DNA of 64,000 bases. Origin: Rhynchopus sp. YZ270_cl-10 (taxonomy: Eukaryota). Shown one piece after another: positions 11,926-24,018 of the stretch. Location of the stretch: NCBI GenBank assembly GCA_964035575.1, contig OZ037841.1:496001-560000 (forward strand), in the 5' to 3' direction. Under the pieces are notes generated by a model. That model had not been told where the DNA came from and did not search any database. It was given only the letters and a program-made list of their open reading frames with translations. Every line of letters starts with the position of its first letter. Position 1 is the stretch's first letter. Made by a program: the position numbers and the translations under genes.

Positions 11926-13035
11926 TCATACCAAAAAGGGCATGGCCTCTCGTAGCCCCCACGCAACCTCTCTTACAGCTGCAGCAGACCCAAGCTTGAT
12001 GACATCGACACCACCCCTCTCTATGGTGCGCTGTGCACCGAAGAGCACTTCAGGACGTTCTGCTCTTAGGTAGTGCACATGCTGCGATGTGGGCACCTCA
12101 TGGTCCAGCGTTGTCCCTACCGCATCACCTTCACCCATCTTCAACGAGGTCCCACCACCCTGGTCTGTCCCTAACAAAGCCTTCGACACCACCTTTACTA
12201 GCGGAAACTTTTCTGCATTCATCCCCCAACTTTGTTGTAATAGAACCGACTTAGATATATTCCCTTCATACGCAAAAACACTGATATTGCCTCCTTCCGA
12301 CATACTCCAGGTGCATATCCCAAGCTGTGCATCAGAGTCAACAATATAAAGAGATGCGTTTGCTCTTTGTTTTTGTTGCATCAATTTGACGATTTTTGCG
12401 GATTTTTTGCATTCTTTATAGTCTTCAAACACAGTCGTTTCTGCCTTCCCTCCAGTACATAAATGAAATGGCAGCTCCTTTGCCTCTTTGCATTCCCCCA
12501 ACCGTTTCCACTCTGTTCCATTAAATATCATATGCGTTTCATTCCAAGACACCTTTTCTTCAGGAAACACAATTTTGTTGTTCTCTGCATAGCCTTCGGT
12601 AAAGGAGGCATCCTTCTTGATGACAACTCTGTTTGAGGTGGTATCAACGAAGACGGTCAAGATGGTGTTTGAGGAGTACCAGGTTCCGGAGGGGGTGGTG
12701 CGTTCCTCGCGCTTTTCGATTTTGGAGCGGAGGGCGGCGTTTTCGTGGGTGAGGGCTTCGATGCGTTCGTTTTCTTCGTCGCGGAGCACATTGTGTACCA
12801 GGTTGTGGTAGTGCGGACGGTCATCCAACTCGAAGTAATCTGTAGGGGCGGGAGCATCACGTTGTGGCGCGGTTTTTAGCAGCCACGTCCTCTGTTGGAT
12901 CGCTTTTCGTAGTGCAGAAGCCTCCAACAACCGATGGTCACGTTCCTGTGCAGAGCTGAACACCGTCATAGCAAGAGTAAACAACACCACCATCCCCAAC
13001 GTTAAAAACAATAAATGAACGGTTCTCGGTGGCAT
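11926..13035 (-). CDS. Type II membrane protein with coiled coil and divergent FkbM-like SAM methyltransferase domain
   Basis: 369-aa ORF with an N-terminal TM helix. The segment 'YIVDSDAQLGIC...VFAYEG...TLDHEV...EVLFGAQRTI' resembles the FkbM pattern. The true C-terminus may continue in another frame. Confidence 0.6.
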   Translation of the reverse strand: MPPRTVHLLFLTLGMVVLFTLAMTVFSSAQERDHRLLEASALRKAIQQRTWLLKTAPQRDAPAPTDYFELDDRPHYHNLVHNVLRDEENERIEALTHENAALRSKIEKREERTTPSGTWYSSNTILTVFVDTTSNRVVIKKDASFTEGYAENNKIVFPEEKVSWNETHMIFNGTEWKRLGECKEAKELPFHLCTGGKAETTVFEDYKECKKSAKIVKLMQQKQRANASLYIVDSDAQLGICTWSMSEGGNISVFAYEGNISKSVLLQQSWGMNAEKFPLVKVVSKALLGTDQGGGTSLKMGEGDAVGTTLDHEVPTSQHVHYLRAERPEVLFGAQRTIERGGVDVIKLGSAAAVREVAWGLREAMPFLV

Positions 13036-13403
13036 TGTGAAGAGAAAAAAGAAAAAGAAAAAAAAACAAAATGTGCTGAAGAGATTGTCGGAGTGGGGAT
13101 GCGGAGGTGGGTGGGAGGGTGGAAAGTATCAATGTTCTTTTTATTTCTATGCAAAGGAATGGAACCGCAACTTATTTTGTCACGATATGTGGAGGGGAAA
13201 GAGGTAAAAGAAGGGGAACTGTTGTATCAAACAAATCGAAAGAAGAAAAAAAATTGGGTTAGCCCAAACAGACCAAAAATGAGCCAAATTGGGACTTGAT
13301 GGGGTTGCTTTTTTGGTATAAACTTATGTGGCTCATATTCGGTTTCTGTAGTGCCGTAATAGTGTGGTTTTGACCGATTTTTGTGCAGGACGCCATCTAT
13401 CTA

Positions 13404-13492
13404 CAGTCTTACAGAAAACGTTGGTGAATTTGAGGGCTCGAAAAAAATTAGCGGGGTTTTTTTTTACCCCACCAACGTTTCTTGCATGACTG
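13404..13492. mobile_element. Miniature Tc1/mariner-like MITE
   Basis: Imperfect TIR CAGTCTTACAGAAAACGTTGGTG / CACCAACGTTTCTTGCATGACTG, with TA on both sides. Confidence 0.7.
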
Positions 13493-15444
13493 TAAAGCAG
13501 AATCTCAATTATTTGCAGTCACTTAGTAGTTAATCCGTTGGTTATTTGCGATATCAAAAGCAAATAATAACTGAATCATCTTTACTTAAAATATGCAACG
13601 GTGCGGTGCACTTATCTCTCGGCCAAGGGGATAAAACCTTAGGTGGATTTTTGGGGGTTTCCAACCGGAGAGTTTTTTTACCCCCCCTCCTCCTCTGATG
13701 TTTCTTGGATCATGGTAGAGGTTAGACGAGAAAATGAGGTATCTGAATTGAAAAAGATTACTAATATTTGCACACCATGTCAAATGACATATTCCAAAAG
13801 AGTGTGTTTAAGTAAGAAGCCAGGCTTACGTCTTAGCACAAAAAAGTTGGTCGCGTTTGTCGACAAACTTTGAAAGAGTAGTTGAAAATGTGCTAAAAAA
13901 AACGCAGCTCGGTCGTGCTCATGCAAAAGGGTGGGGTGTGAGTGATTTAAAAAAAAAAAAAGGCATTTGTTGCTAGGGAACTGCTCCACAAACACACACG
14001 ACACTGTTCCATTCAAGCAACAGTAGGGTTTAGAAGAGAAAAAGAAAAAAGCTTGGTAAGATGACCTAAGCCGCACAGAGTTTATTCGGCTTCATCTTGG
14101 AGGAAAAAAAATTGACTTGAAATACAAAGCCCTCTCATGACAGTGTACCTTTGATACGTGGGGTGGACCCCCCAAGTCCTACCACCATTTCGAGGTGCAC
14201 ATCTGATATGCCCGACGTTGGCATCCAAAAGAAGCAACACTTAAGATGAATTTTGCCTCTCGTGCACACATCGATTGACACGTCGGAGGGGGAAAAAAGA
14301 GGGAGGAGTGATGGTTTTTCGAGAAGAGAAAAAGAGAAAGATGGTTAACTAATTGCTACGTGGTTTTTGATTGGAGGGTTGAAAAAAAAATTATTTTTGT
14401 TTGTTTTGAAAGTGTTTTGTGCTGTTTGTTTTTGATTAGTGTTGTTGTAGACGTGAAGTCAGAGAGGAACGGTGCGCTACTTTATATGATATTACGACGT
14501 ATCCTCTCAGCCACGGTAAGCTGTCCTTTGCTATTTGTTTGTTTATGTTGAAAGGAATAAATAAAAAGATTTGATTTGAGGGGGTAGTGAACAAAAGAGA
14601 ACAGGAGAAACAAAAAGGGAAGCCTATAGACTGAAGGCCTTTTTTTTTCGCAATGAAGACACCCAACAGAGAGACACACGTGCCCGTCCAGCCGACACCA
14701 AAAGATGCTGAATCAACAGATACGTACCCGTACTCTGGACTGATGAAAGCGATGTGAGCTTACAGGTGCCCACACCTCCACTAAATGTGTGACGCATCAT
14801 GACCAAGAGGAGGGAGGGAAAACTACGTTTCTGGGTTGTCACCAAATGCGGTCGGTTTCTGAACGGGCTCTGTTCACACTGCAAGAAAGAAACACATAGT
14901 TTAACGACATTTTTTGAACGGTGTTATCATCAATACTCCGCACATAAAGGAGTTCGAATAGCTACCTAAAATTCAATTGGATCAAAGCACAATAAAAAAA
15001 ACGCATATTTCAGCTCGCATGGGAGCTGGTAAATCATCCTAACATAGAAAATACAAAATAGTGGGATCATCAGTAAGGGCAGAGCGACGACGGAACCACT
15101 TGACAAAAAAAAAAAACCAACGCTCCCTTGGATAACTGAGGGAATGTACAGAAAGTACCCAATCCCCAGCTAGTTCGCGTTGGCGGTCTGCCTTCCAGGT
15201 TTAGCTCACCGGTGCTCCCCACAAGATTCACCCTCCTCCGCACTTAGGATCACAGAGCATCAAAGTCTGCGAAGTAAGGTTGTTTGTTGGTCATCATTTA
15301 CTGCCACCCTCTCAAGGATCTTATAAACCCAGTCCCCCAGGTGTCCAAGAGGGTAGCCACCTTTAAAGTCTTGCGCACGGACGGGATGCAATCAAACATC
15401 AAGTCCAGGAGGTTTTTGGTGTATCTATTTTTTTCTACTTTTAA

Positions 15445-16805
15445 CCCTTTAAGGACCAGAGGGGACATATATGTCCACGCAACCACCTAAATTGGCTTCC
15501 ACTAGGACTTTTTGAAGATTTTTTTTTTTAATGAGAAGATTTTGTGCGAAATCTTTCAAAAGACGCAAGATTCGATTTTTTTTGACGCTCTCATCCCCTC
15601 TCATCCACACCCGGCATTATCACATAATAGGGTATTTTGGGTCATTTTTGGGGAATAATGTACCATTCTGACGCGCTTGAGTCATCAGAGGATTCAAACT
15701 TTGGTGTGCAGGGAACCATTTTGTACGGTCTTCAGAACGAAACTAAAATAATGGAAAATACCCGCGACTGGGCAAAGTAACACGCGTAGTTGCAGTTCCT
15801 GACCCTGAACTGGATGTGCCTCTTCTCCGTGTATTTATTGCATTTTGTCTTTTGAGGAACATTGTACAGAATGGTTATTTCCCTCCCTCCCGCCAAAGCC
15901 CGAGGGAAGCCCTGACCTCCCGAAAGGAGTCCCGAGGGCCAAGGGAGGGTGGGATGTAACTTTGTGCCCCGATCCGTGGCTTTTTGTGCCCGACTGTCGT
16001 TTTTCATTTTTTGCCTGTAAAAACCCTGTATAAGGGGTGCAGCATGGGGGCGCATGGTGCCCCACACATGGCTCTTGCACGCCAAATTGCCCTCAAATTG
16101 CCCGGAATGCCACGCATGGGGCAATCTAGACCGTTTTTGGACCGATTTTCGCGACCAAAAAAATTTTTTTCGGAGGGTCCCTTCGAAATTTCGGCGGGAG
16201 GGTACGGAAAGCCACAGGGAGGGGTACAAAATCTATATCAACACGGTCAAGGTACAGAGACACTGGCAGGAGGGTGTTGGTCGACAACTTCTTCTTGCTT
16301 GGGAAACAGGCGTCTGAAAACAGATTACATGTGCGTGGGATGCGGCGTTCACCTTTGTTCAGCACCATGCCAAGTTGGCCAAAAGTCCCAAAAGCCCCAA
16401 CTTTTGTACTGTCCAACCTCTGTACAATTACGGTATATGTAGTTGGTTGGTACCTTCTCTCCATGCAGTGAGACATTATCTACTAGGACTTTTTGTTCGA
16501 TTTTTTTTTCTTTTGAAAGATTTTGAACCGATCTTTCAAATAAAGCCATTTTCGAAAACCGAAAAAACAGGTGCGCAGCCGGAATAATTTTTTTCTTCAA
16601 AATTTTCAGAAAAAAATATCAGCTCTCCTCAATTTTCCATTTTCCATTTTTCTCATTTTATTTCGATTTCTGCTCCATTTGAAAGATCTGCTCAAAATCT
16701 TTCAATTGCGGCCAGGTACGATCAAAAATATGCATCAGATCACATTTTACCTACGGGAGAGAAGATCCTAGCAAATCGAAAAAATCGGTCGTGGTCCGTA
16801 AAGGG
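15445..16805 (+). mobile_element. Internally deleted piggyBac element
   Basis: TTAA on both sides; TIR CCCTTTAAGGACCA / TGGTCCGTAAAGGG. Retains a piggyBac-like C-terminal Cys-rich motif 'KTDYMCVGCGVHLCSAPC' (~16318-16371). No DDD core ORF. Confidence 0.9.
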
Positions 16806-17616
16806 TTAAAAAAGGAAGAAAAGGAGAAAATATCAGCAAATGAAACAAACAAGACATCTGAGATGCCATAGGGGCAGTCAGGGGGTGTTTTTTTTTACTA
16901 AAAAAGACGACACGACAGGTGAGTCGCGTCACCCCCGATGCCAGCTAACAGAAGTTACGGTTGAAACAAAGAAGGACAGTTGCCCCTGGAGCTCCGGAAC
17001 CCCCCGCTCCATTCATAGAGTCAGAGACGGCAACAATGCCCTACGTTTGGTCTGTGTCAGGTCAGAACCACAAAAACCAACAAAGCAACAAAAACAGCCT
17101 GGTACAGATCTCAAAATAGAAAAAGAGTAGCATTGTTCGCGGTTATGGGCGATCCAGGGAAAAAGAAACGTAAAGAAAAATCCAAGCCTCTCGGGGAAAG
17201 AAGAAAAAAATAAAAAGCGAAAACTGCTTTGCGAGATGAATGGAAAATCTTTTGGAGAAAGAAAGCCGATACTACGGGAAGAGAAAAAAAAAATCGAGAA
17301 AAATGAAGTGAAGTAAGTGCCCGCGCCTATGAACGCAGATCGCAACAACAAAAAAATTTTTTTTTTCTTTTTTGGAAATGATTTGGTTCTTCAAGCAGAG
17401 TCATCACCAAAAAAAGGGGAATTTTTTTTTTTTTTTTGAAATTAATGTGCCTCCCGTGCACATGCCGGCAATAAAAAAAGAGTGGGTGTTACGGAAAGGA
17501 GGATACCTGGTCCGTCCTACCCTAAAGGAGGTCAGTCAAGGGGGCAGAGCATGGGAGAAAAAACAACAGAAAGAGAATCTGGGAGAAGTGAACAGATTAA
17601 GTGAATCAACAAAGAG

Positions 17617-17705
17617 AAGTTGAAAGTGCAAGCGCCTCACACAGCGGCGGACGCAGACACTGGTTCTTCGGTTATCGAAACCCCCAGAGATCACTTCATT
17701 GGTAT
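17617..17705. repeat. Representative copy of dispersed repeat R2 (AAGTTGAAAGTGCAAACGCCTC...GGACGCAGACACTG...TATCGAAACCCCCAGA)
   Basis: Other copies near 1478, 10828, 20715, 21278, 39652, 41812, 47594, 48697, and a split copy at 49571/55503/56401; same orientation. Confidence 0.85.
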
Positions 17706-18111
17706 GCATGCACACAGAGGAAAGTATTAAGACAAACTCAAACCTCATGATTTGTCACCAAAAAGAACAAAAAAAGAGAAGTTGAAAGTGCAAACACAAA
17801 CAAAAATACATTGGTGAACGAACCTCACGAAATTGACGCGCTTTTCCCCTTTATTCCCTCAAAATCCTTGGTATCATTCAGAGTGTATGTTGTGACCAGA
17901 AGAATGAGGAGATAAAAAGGTGTAAGCATTTGCGTCAGTGGGCATTCCTCCCCCTTTTATGCCTGAAGATGACAAATCTGAAAACAAAAAAAAATAACAA
18001 CAATAACAACAACAACAACAACAACTCCAGCGGAGTGGAATCATGCGGGGATCTGTCGCTAAGGGGGTCATGGGGTGGACCCCATAAAAATTTTTTTGTA
18101 AGATAATCCTT

Positions 18112-18589
18112 CATGGATGTAGAAAGTACGTGACGAAAAAAAAGTACTTTTTTTCCAAAAATCGGGTTACGTGATACTTCACGTACGTGACGTTTTTTGA
18201 AAAAAAAATTTACGTGATTTACGTGATTTCAAAAAAAAAAACGAAAAAAAGTACTTTTTTTTTTTTGAAAAAAAAAAAGTACTTTTTTTTCCACGTGAAA
18301 ATCAACGTACGTGAAAATATTGGAGCGTTTTCGGCCATAAAAATGCCCGAAAACACCCGCATTTGCATTTCCGGAATCCGCCCATTCTGTGGTGGGGGAT
18401 ATACAGAAAAATGGACAAAATTTTAGTGACTAAAATTTTCACGAAATATGAACCCACACCCAAATGGGTAAAAAAGTACTTTTTTTTTTTCAAAAAAAAA
18501 AAAAGTACTTTTTTTTTCCATTTTTCGTCACGTACTTTTTTACTTTTTTTTAAAAAAAAAAAGTACGTGAAGTACTTTCTACATCCATG
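18112..18589. mobile_element. Non-autonomous TIR element with a 6-bp TSD
   Basis: TIR CATGGATGTAGAAAGTAC / GTACTTTCTACATCCATG; ATCCTT duplicated at 18106-18111 and 18590-18595; subterminal AAGTACTT and ACGTGA repeats. Inserted into a copy of the R1 hairpin repeat. Confidence 0.85.
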
Positions 18590-19399
18590 ATCCTTAGCCT
18601 GGCCATCTTGAAATATTTAAAAGTATCTCAACCCATGCATTCAATACATTGATAGCATAGGTTTAGGGATCAACAAAAATGTTCTCAACTTTGGTGCTCC
18701 TGACGACCCCATGTTGCGCACTTCTTGTTCACTTTGTGCAGAAAAAAAAATATACAGGAATGCCCTATATTGCGTACTTCTTGCGTACTTAGTGCGTAGT
18801 TGTTGCGCACTTAGTATTTTTTTTTATTTCTGGGGTACCAAACTTTCGTTGTTGGTGTGTTTTGCAAAACGTAAAAAAAAAAAGGCGAGCTGAAACAACA
18901 AGTATGGATGATAGAAGTTGAAAATAAAAGACAAAAACAAAGAAAGATGAATGTGTCTCTCATGCACATCCATCTAAAACGAGATTGGGAAAGGCTGAAG
19001 AGTTTGGGGAGGGGCAAGAGAAAGGTAAAAAACTCACCACAAAAATAGCGTTATTATTTCGTGGAAAATTTGGGGGTTGAATTGCACTTTATTTTGGGAT
19101 GAGCCACGCTACCTACGGTAAAAAAAATGATCAACTGTGATAAGGGGCGGGGGAAATATAGGAACTTTGATAGGTAAGTGAAAGGAAAAAGGGTTTTTTT
19201 TTCGTTGATTGTTGATTGCGCAATTACCCTGTTGGAGGGGGTGATTGGCGACCGTACCGAAAAAAAAACAAAACAAAACATAGCATCGTTGAGCAAAATA
19301 GTTCAAAACAAAAAATAAAAAATCGATTGAAAAAATCGAACAAAATGCACCAGAAATACATAGTATTTTTTTTCCATTTTCTCACTCCGTTCCCCAAAA

Positions 19400-20176
19400 T
19401 CACCACACATCCTGCACCAACTCCTCTTCAAAAACAGACATCCGGACGGGTCTTTTTGGCCCAAAGGCACCGATGAACTGCACCACCCAACGCTTTCTTT
19501 TCTCCTCCTCCTCCTCCTTCTCTCTTTGGTCTTCTCCCATCTCATGCTTTGCGGTCCCAGCCCAATCTTGCGAATATTGTCCAACCACCAATCCAGGTGC
19601 ACCTTTCCGTACTATAAGCGATTTTCCAACATGCTGAGGACTAGCCGCATGTACAACCGACCCCACCGCAATTCTGCTGTGGTTCCCAGTACCCTTCTGC
19701 TTTAGGTCAGCCAATGGGTCCAGACGCCGCAGAAAGCTTCCCTCACCTTCACCTTTACCTTCGCCACCTTCTGCCGCAACCAGCCTCGCCCGCAACTCAT
19801 GTATCAAAATCTCTAATTCCTGATTCCGCTGGGAGGTCTGTTGCTGTTCGATACGGAGTGTGTTTGCACGGACAACAAGGTTGTGGTCTGGCGGCCGCAC
19901 CGCTCCAAGAATGAAGACAATCAGAAGCATGCTTCCCAATAGACACCCAAACAACGCGGGTGGCACCCTTCGCACGTCATCTGCACGCAAAGAACACAAC
20001 TGCCGCCCCGGAACCTTCTTCACACCGGACGAAAACGCCGGCACACACACACTACCGTCGAGAGACGCAGCGCTCCGTGCCTCCTGCGGGGACGGAGCGA
20101 TAGGAGGAAACCCTGGCAGGCTCGGGCCAAATGAAGCGGTATCAATTTTTGGCGTCGTTCGGTGAAGAGAAGACAT
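19400..20176 (-). CDS. Hypothetical single-pass membrane protein with coiled coil and small beta-rich C-terminal domain
   Basis: 258-aa ORF, GC-rich, TM segment 'ALFGCLLGSMLLIVFILGAV'; co-oriented with its neighbours. Confidence 0.75.
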   Translation of the reverse strand: MSSLHRTTPKIDTASFGPSLPGFPPIAPSPQEARSAASLDGSVCVPAFSSGVKKVPGRQLCSLRADDVRRVPPALFGCLLGSMLLIVFILGAVRPPDHNLVVRANTLRIEQQQTSQRNQELEILIHELRARLVAAEGGEGKGEGEGSFLRRLDPLADLKQKGTGNHSRIAVGSVVHAASPQHVGKSLIVRKGAPGLVVGQYSQDWAGTAKHEMGEDQREKEEEEEKRKRWVVQFIGAFGPKRPVRMSVFEEELVQDVW

Positions 20177-20299
20177 AAGAGGGGGGGGTGATTATTGTAA
20201 AAATGCAGGAAGAAAGAGGAGCAAAGAGGGGGCAGGGGGAGGGAGGGGTGGGAAGGTACTCTGTAGTGGTGTGAAAGAGGGTTGGGTGCAAGAGCGTAG

Positions 20300-20490
20300 T
20301 CATGGTGACAAGTGAAAGTGATGACAAGTGGTCATTTGTCATCACTTTAGAGCAGGAGTGCCTGTAAGCGCATGATTTCTCCCACCTACATTCCTTAGAA
20401 TCACTTCCTACAACTAAAATGACAAGTGGCTTTGCATGACATTTTACTTGTCACATGGTGATTTCACTTGTCAGGTGCCTCTGGACCACG
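20300..20490. repeat. TGACAAGTG-rich element, inverted homolog of 62871-63043
   Basis: Multiple TGACAAGTG / CACTTGTCA motifs; 20395-20473 aligns by eye with the reverse complement of ~62890-62970. Confidence 0.65.
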
Positions 20491-22389
20491 TCGTGTATAT
20501 GGGGAATGGGTAGTATAAAAGCCACTTTTATTTGTCTATTTGAATATGAGCCGTTTCTTCTTCCTTCGCTATTTTATATTTAAAAAAAACGCCTATTTTA
20601 CGGTAACCTACGAGTAAACGGAATGTGCGCTACAAGCACGCTTCCCTGCTTCTTGATAAACGTGCAGACACTTGCAGGCAAAATATCGAATTATCGATCA
20701 AGAGAAAAAGTGACGTTGATTGCACAAACGCCTCAACGACGCAGGCAGTGACGTTCCGTGGGTGTATTGAAACCCCCAGATGCACTTTTTTTTTGGGAGA
20801 GAAAGTAGGTAAATATACCACCCAGAGCTAGCCACCTAAATAACCTAGAAGCGTAGATGACTGACGAAAAAAAAAAAGAAACAACAACAACAAAAGATAA
20901 AGCCTATACGACAACCTAAGCCTCTCTGTGCTTAGTCTGATCAGATTATCTTGAAAAAAAAGAGGGCCTTCTTGGGGGGAAAAGATGGCTGCACCACTGG
21001 GGAGCACATCTTTTAAAAAAGGGGGGGTTGCTTGAGTGATACGTGTGCAGCACAGTACAGTAAAAATCAAAAATTGTGAGGTAGGAGGGGGTCAACAAAA
21101 TTTTCTGTGGATTGGGTTGGAAGCTGCATCACCCCTCTGCGAAAAAAAAGGGGGAGGTAGAGGTAGAGAGAACTGGAACTTACAGGGCACTCTCCCTTTG
21201 ATTCCACTCAAAAAAAAGGGGGGCCTTTTTTCCCCTAACGCAGTGATTGGACTTACCTAGCAAGTACAGTAAAGTGAAGTTGATAGTGCAAACGCCTCTG
21301 GGACGAAAGGCACTAATACACCGCGGAATGTAACTGCAGAGGTGGGGGAAAAAATGTCAAACACACATACACCACAAATCAAGATCTAGAAAGAATCAAT
21401 ACTGTGCGAGTTGAGGTTGTGTGGGGGAAAGTCTGACATAAAATACAAAGTCCTCTCGTGGCTGCGCACCTAGAAAAGAAAGAGCGGTTTATAAGATGAC
21501 CCTAAACCCCCGGGTAGTAACCCTCTGCGCCGTGGTGAGTCACCTTGTGAGAAAAAGGAAAAGGAAAAAAAGTGGAGGACATCAATGGGGGTTTTGACAA
21601 CTAAAACGCGGAGTGTTTTCCTCCTGGTCGCTTTTTGTTGTGTCGACGATCACTTAAAACCTACTGGGGGGAGAAAAAAAAAGATCTGTACTCAAGGTAG
21701 GCCACACTTTTCTTGAAACTAAACAAAAAAAAAACAAAAGAAAATTTGAAAGATGAACCATATTTCTTATTCACAGCCATTCTCCAATTTCAACAAAGAA
21801 GGGGGGGGTTTGAAAATGCTTTGTGCTCTGTTTTTTTTTTAATGGTGTTGTAGACGCGAAGTCAGAGAGACAAAGCGGGGTAGAGCAGAGAGGGAAAAAG
21901 GCGCGCAAAATATTTGTATCAAAGGGTGGGAAATTGAAGCGAAGCTTTGAAAGCGTAAAAATCCTACGCGGGTGCAGACACACACACCGGCTGGTCAATG
22001 TTCCGTTCTCAGGAACTACCCGCAACTGCATTTCAACACATCAATTCCCCCGCGAGGTTTCAAAAACCTCAAATATACGTTGGTCTTTACACGAGGGAGG
22101 GAGAAAAATAATAAAAAGTTGTGAGTGATAAGCCTCTCTGCTGAGTCTGATTAGGTTACTTAATGTTTTGAACATTAAGCCTCTCTGCTTAGTCACCTTG
22201 AAAAAAAAGATCAGTGTATGCATTTTTTTGCACCCCTAAGCGCAAACACGCACATCTTTTTGTATCAAAAAAGAACGTGAAGCTGATATGTGCCAAAAAC
22301 CGCTTCTCGGTCGACTGGCGCTCCGTGGGTTATCGAAGCCCCCCGGAGTGGTGGACATAGGGGGGGTGCGGGTTGCATACAAACATAAA

Positions 22390-22441
22390 CATACTGTGGG
22401 TGTTAAAACGTTATCGATAACGTTTTAACACCCACAGTATG
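22390..22441. repeat. Perfect 52-bp spacerless palindrome; possibly a TA-flanked minimal MITE
   Basis: CATACTGTGGGTGTTAAAACGTTATC|GATAACGTTTTAACACCCACAGTATG. Confidence 0.95.
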
Positions 22442-22698
22442 CATAAAAAATAAAAAAGCCAAAAAAAATAATGCCCGTCTACGTGTTGTACTCTCAATCT
22501 CTTGGCGTAAGCCCATTAATTTATTTATTTTTTGAATATGAAATCGAAAAAAGTACAAAAACTCCTTCGCCTGGCAAAAAAATAAAACTTCAGAAAATAC
22601 GGTCCTCTTTCTGCGGATTTAAAAAAAACTTGGGGCGGGGAAAAACAGATACCCGCAACAACACCCCCCTCTTTTCCTCTCTCTCTCTCTCTCTTTTC

Positions 22699-24018
22699 CT
22701 AAAAAACGTACGGAACGAATGCATATGGGATGATCTTTTTGTATTCATCCCAGTATTTTCCGTATTTCTTTTGGCATCTGGCGTCATCACGCTGGTATCT
22801 GTGGAAGATGAAGCCCGTGAAGAAGCAGCAATAAAAGAACGGCAGGAAGGCATGAAAGTGCGTAACAGCACCCCACATAAATGCAATGAGAATGTCCATT
22901 GTGTAGTGAATCTTCCTTGCGTAGAGCTGCATCCCATCGACCAGGAGAACACCGGTATCGGTTTTCAACGTCTTTGGGTTTTCCAGACGCGACCCGGGAA
23001 GCACCGGGAACAAACTCCTTGCACGCGCCTTTTCACCCCCTTTCCCTTGCCTTTTCAATCTGAGGTCGTTCTTTTGGTAGTTCGCGACGTCCCATACATA
23101 GTAGACTCCGAGATAGAACACAAAGTAGATAGGTGTTAACGGAGAATTCATTGGCGGATGCACACTCAAAAACACCGACGAAAAGCAGTACACAAACGGC
23201 ACCCCTGCGATGTTCCAGAAGTTGAGCATCCACCCATAGCTTTCCGTCGTCATATCGTACGTAGAAATGATGAAGTGCTCCCCCTTAACGCACGCATTCG
23301 CATACAACCAATGTGCCATCAACATAAACGCCATTTCATAAGACACCTCCCCATACTCCTCATATTGCTTAACGCAATGCGACAATGTGATCAAAAAGAG
23401 TGTCAGCCATGACCACCTTGCCTCCGCAACCATCTTCACATCAACCTTTCCAATACGCGGATACAACACGGTTCCCATAAAAAAATCATAAATTGGAGAT
23501 CCCGTATTATGTCCTAGACCATCCCCAATGAGACCGTATGCATACCAGAAGACGCTTGTTAGGTCTCCCCATATGACAGCTACTGTCATGTATTGGCCAA
23601 AATTCGAGGAAAGTTCTTGGAATTGCCAGATTCCGGTGAGGTGGAGGGATAATACGATGGCAAACATAGAGTAAAAGCAGACATAACCATTGCAAAGGTA
23701 GTCAAGACGGTTTCCTTTTAGCTTCGCAATTTCGAGCCCCTTCAGCGTCATACCAGGCATAACCTCTGCAAGGAACAGCTGTACAAAGAAGTACAACATA
23801 TAGAACGTCACCGCCCTCTGGTCCGGAACGCATTTCTCCTGGAATGCTGCAAAGAAGGCTTCCATCCCGGCAGAGTCGGGCAACCATAGATAGCCCTTAT
23901 TTTGCAGCGCAAACCACATATAATACACCTGAAGGTGCGAGAAGATGATAATAGCGGCAGCACCTAACGTACCCCCCATCTCTTTTTCCTCCTTTTCGGG
24001 CATTGCTTTATATCCCAT
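22699..24018 (-). CDS. ERG4: Delta(24(24(1)))-sterol reductase (ERG4/ERG24 family)
   Basis: 439-aa multi-TM ORF with 'YLCNG', 'YDFFMGTVLYPRIG', 'HWLYANACVKGE', 'GWMLNFWNIAGVPFVYC' and 'HRYQRDDARCQKKYGKYWDEY'. The ANACxKGE and FWNxAGVP motifs are ERG4-type. Confidence 0.92.
   Translation of the reverse strand: MGYKAMPEKEEKEMGGTLGAAAIIIFSHLQVYYMWFALQNKGYLWLPDSAGMEAFFAAFQEKCVPDQRAVTFYMLYFFVQLFLAEVMPGMTLKGLEIAKLKGNRLDYLCNGYVCFYSMFAIVLSLHLTGIWQFQELSSNFGQYMTVAVIWGDLTSVFWYAYGLIGDGLGHNTGSPIYDFFMGTVLYPRIGKVDVKMVAEARWSWLTLFLITLSHCVKQYEEYGEVSYEMAFMLMAHWLYANACVKGEHFIISTYDMTTESYGWMLNFWNIAGVPFVYCFSSVFLSVHPPMNSPLTPIYFVFYLGVYYVWDVANYQKNDLRLKRQGKGGEKARARSLFPVLPGSRLENPKTLKTDTGVLLVDGMQLYARKIHYTMDILIAFMWGAVTHFHAFLPFFYCCFFTGFIFHRYQRDDARCQKKYGKYWDEYKKIIPYAFVPYVF

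Noticed and set aside
14735..14770. CTGATGA followed by a short stem, resembling a hammerhead ribozyme core
   Set aside because: The required GAAA after stem II is absent.
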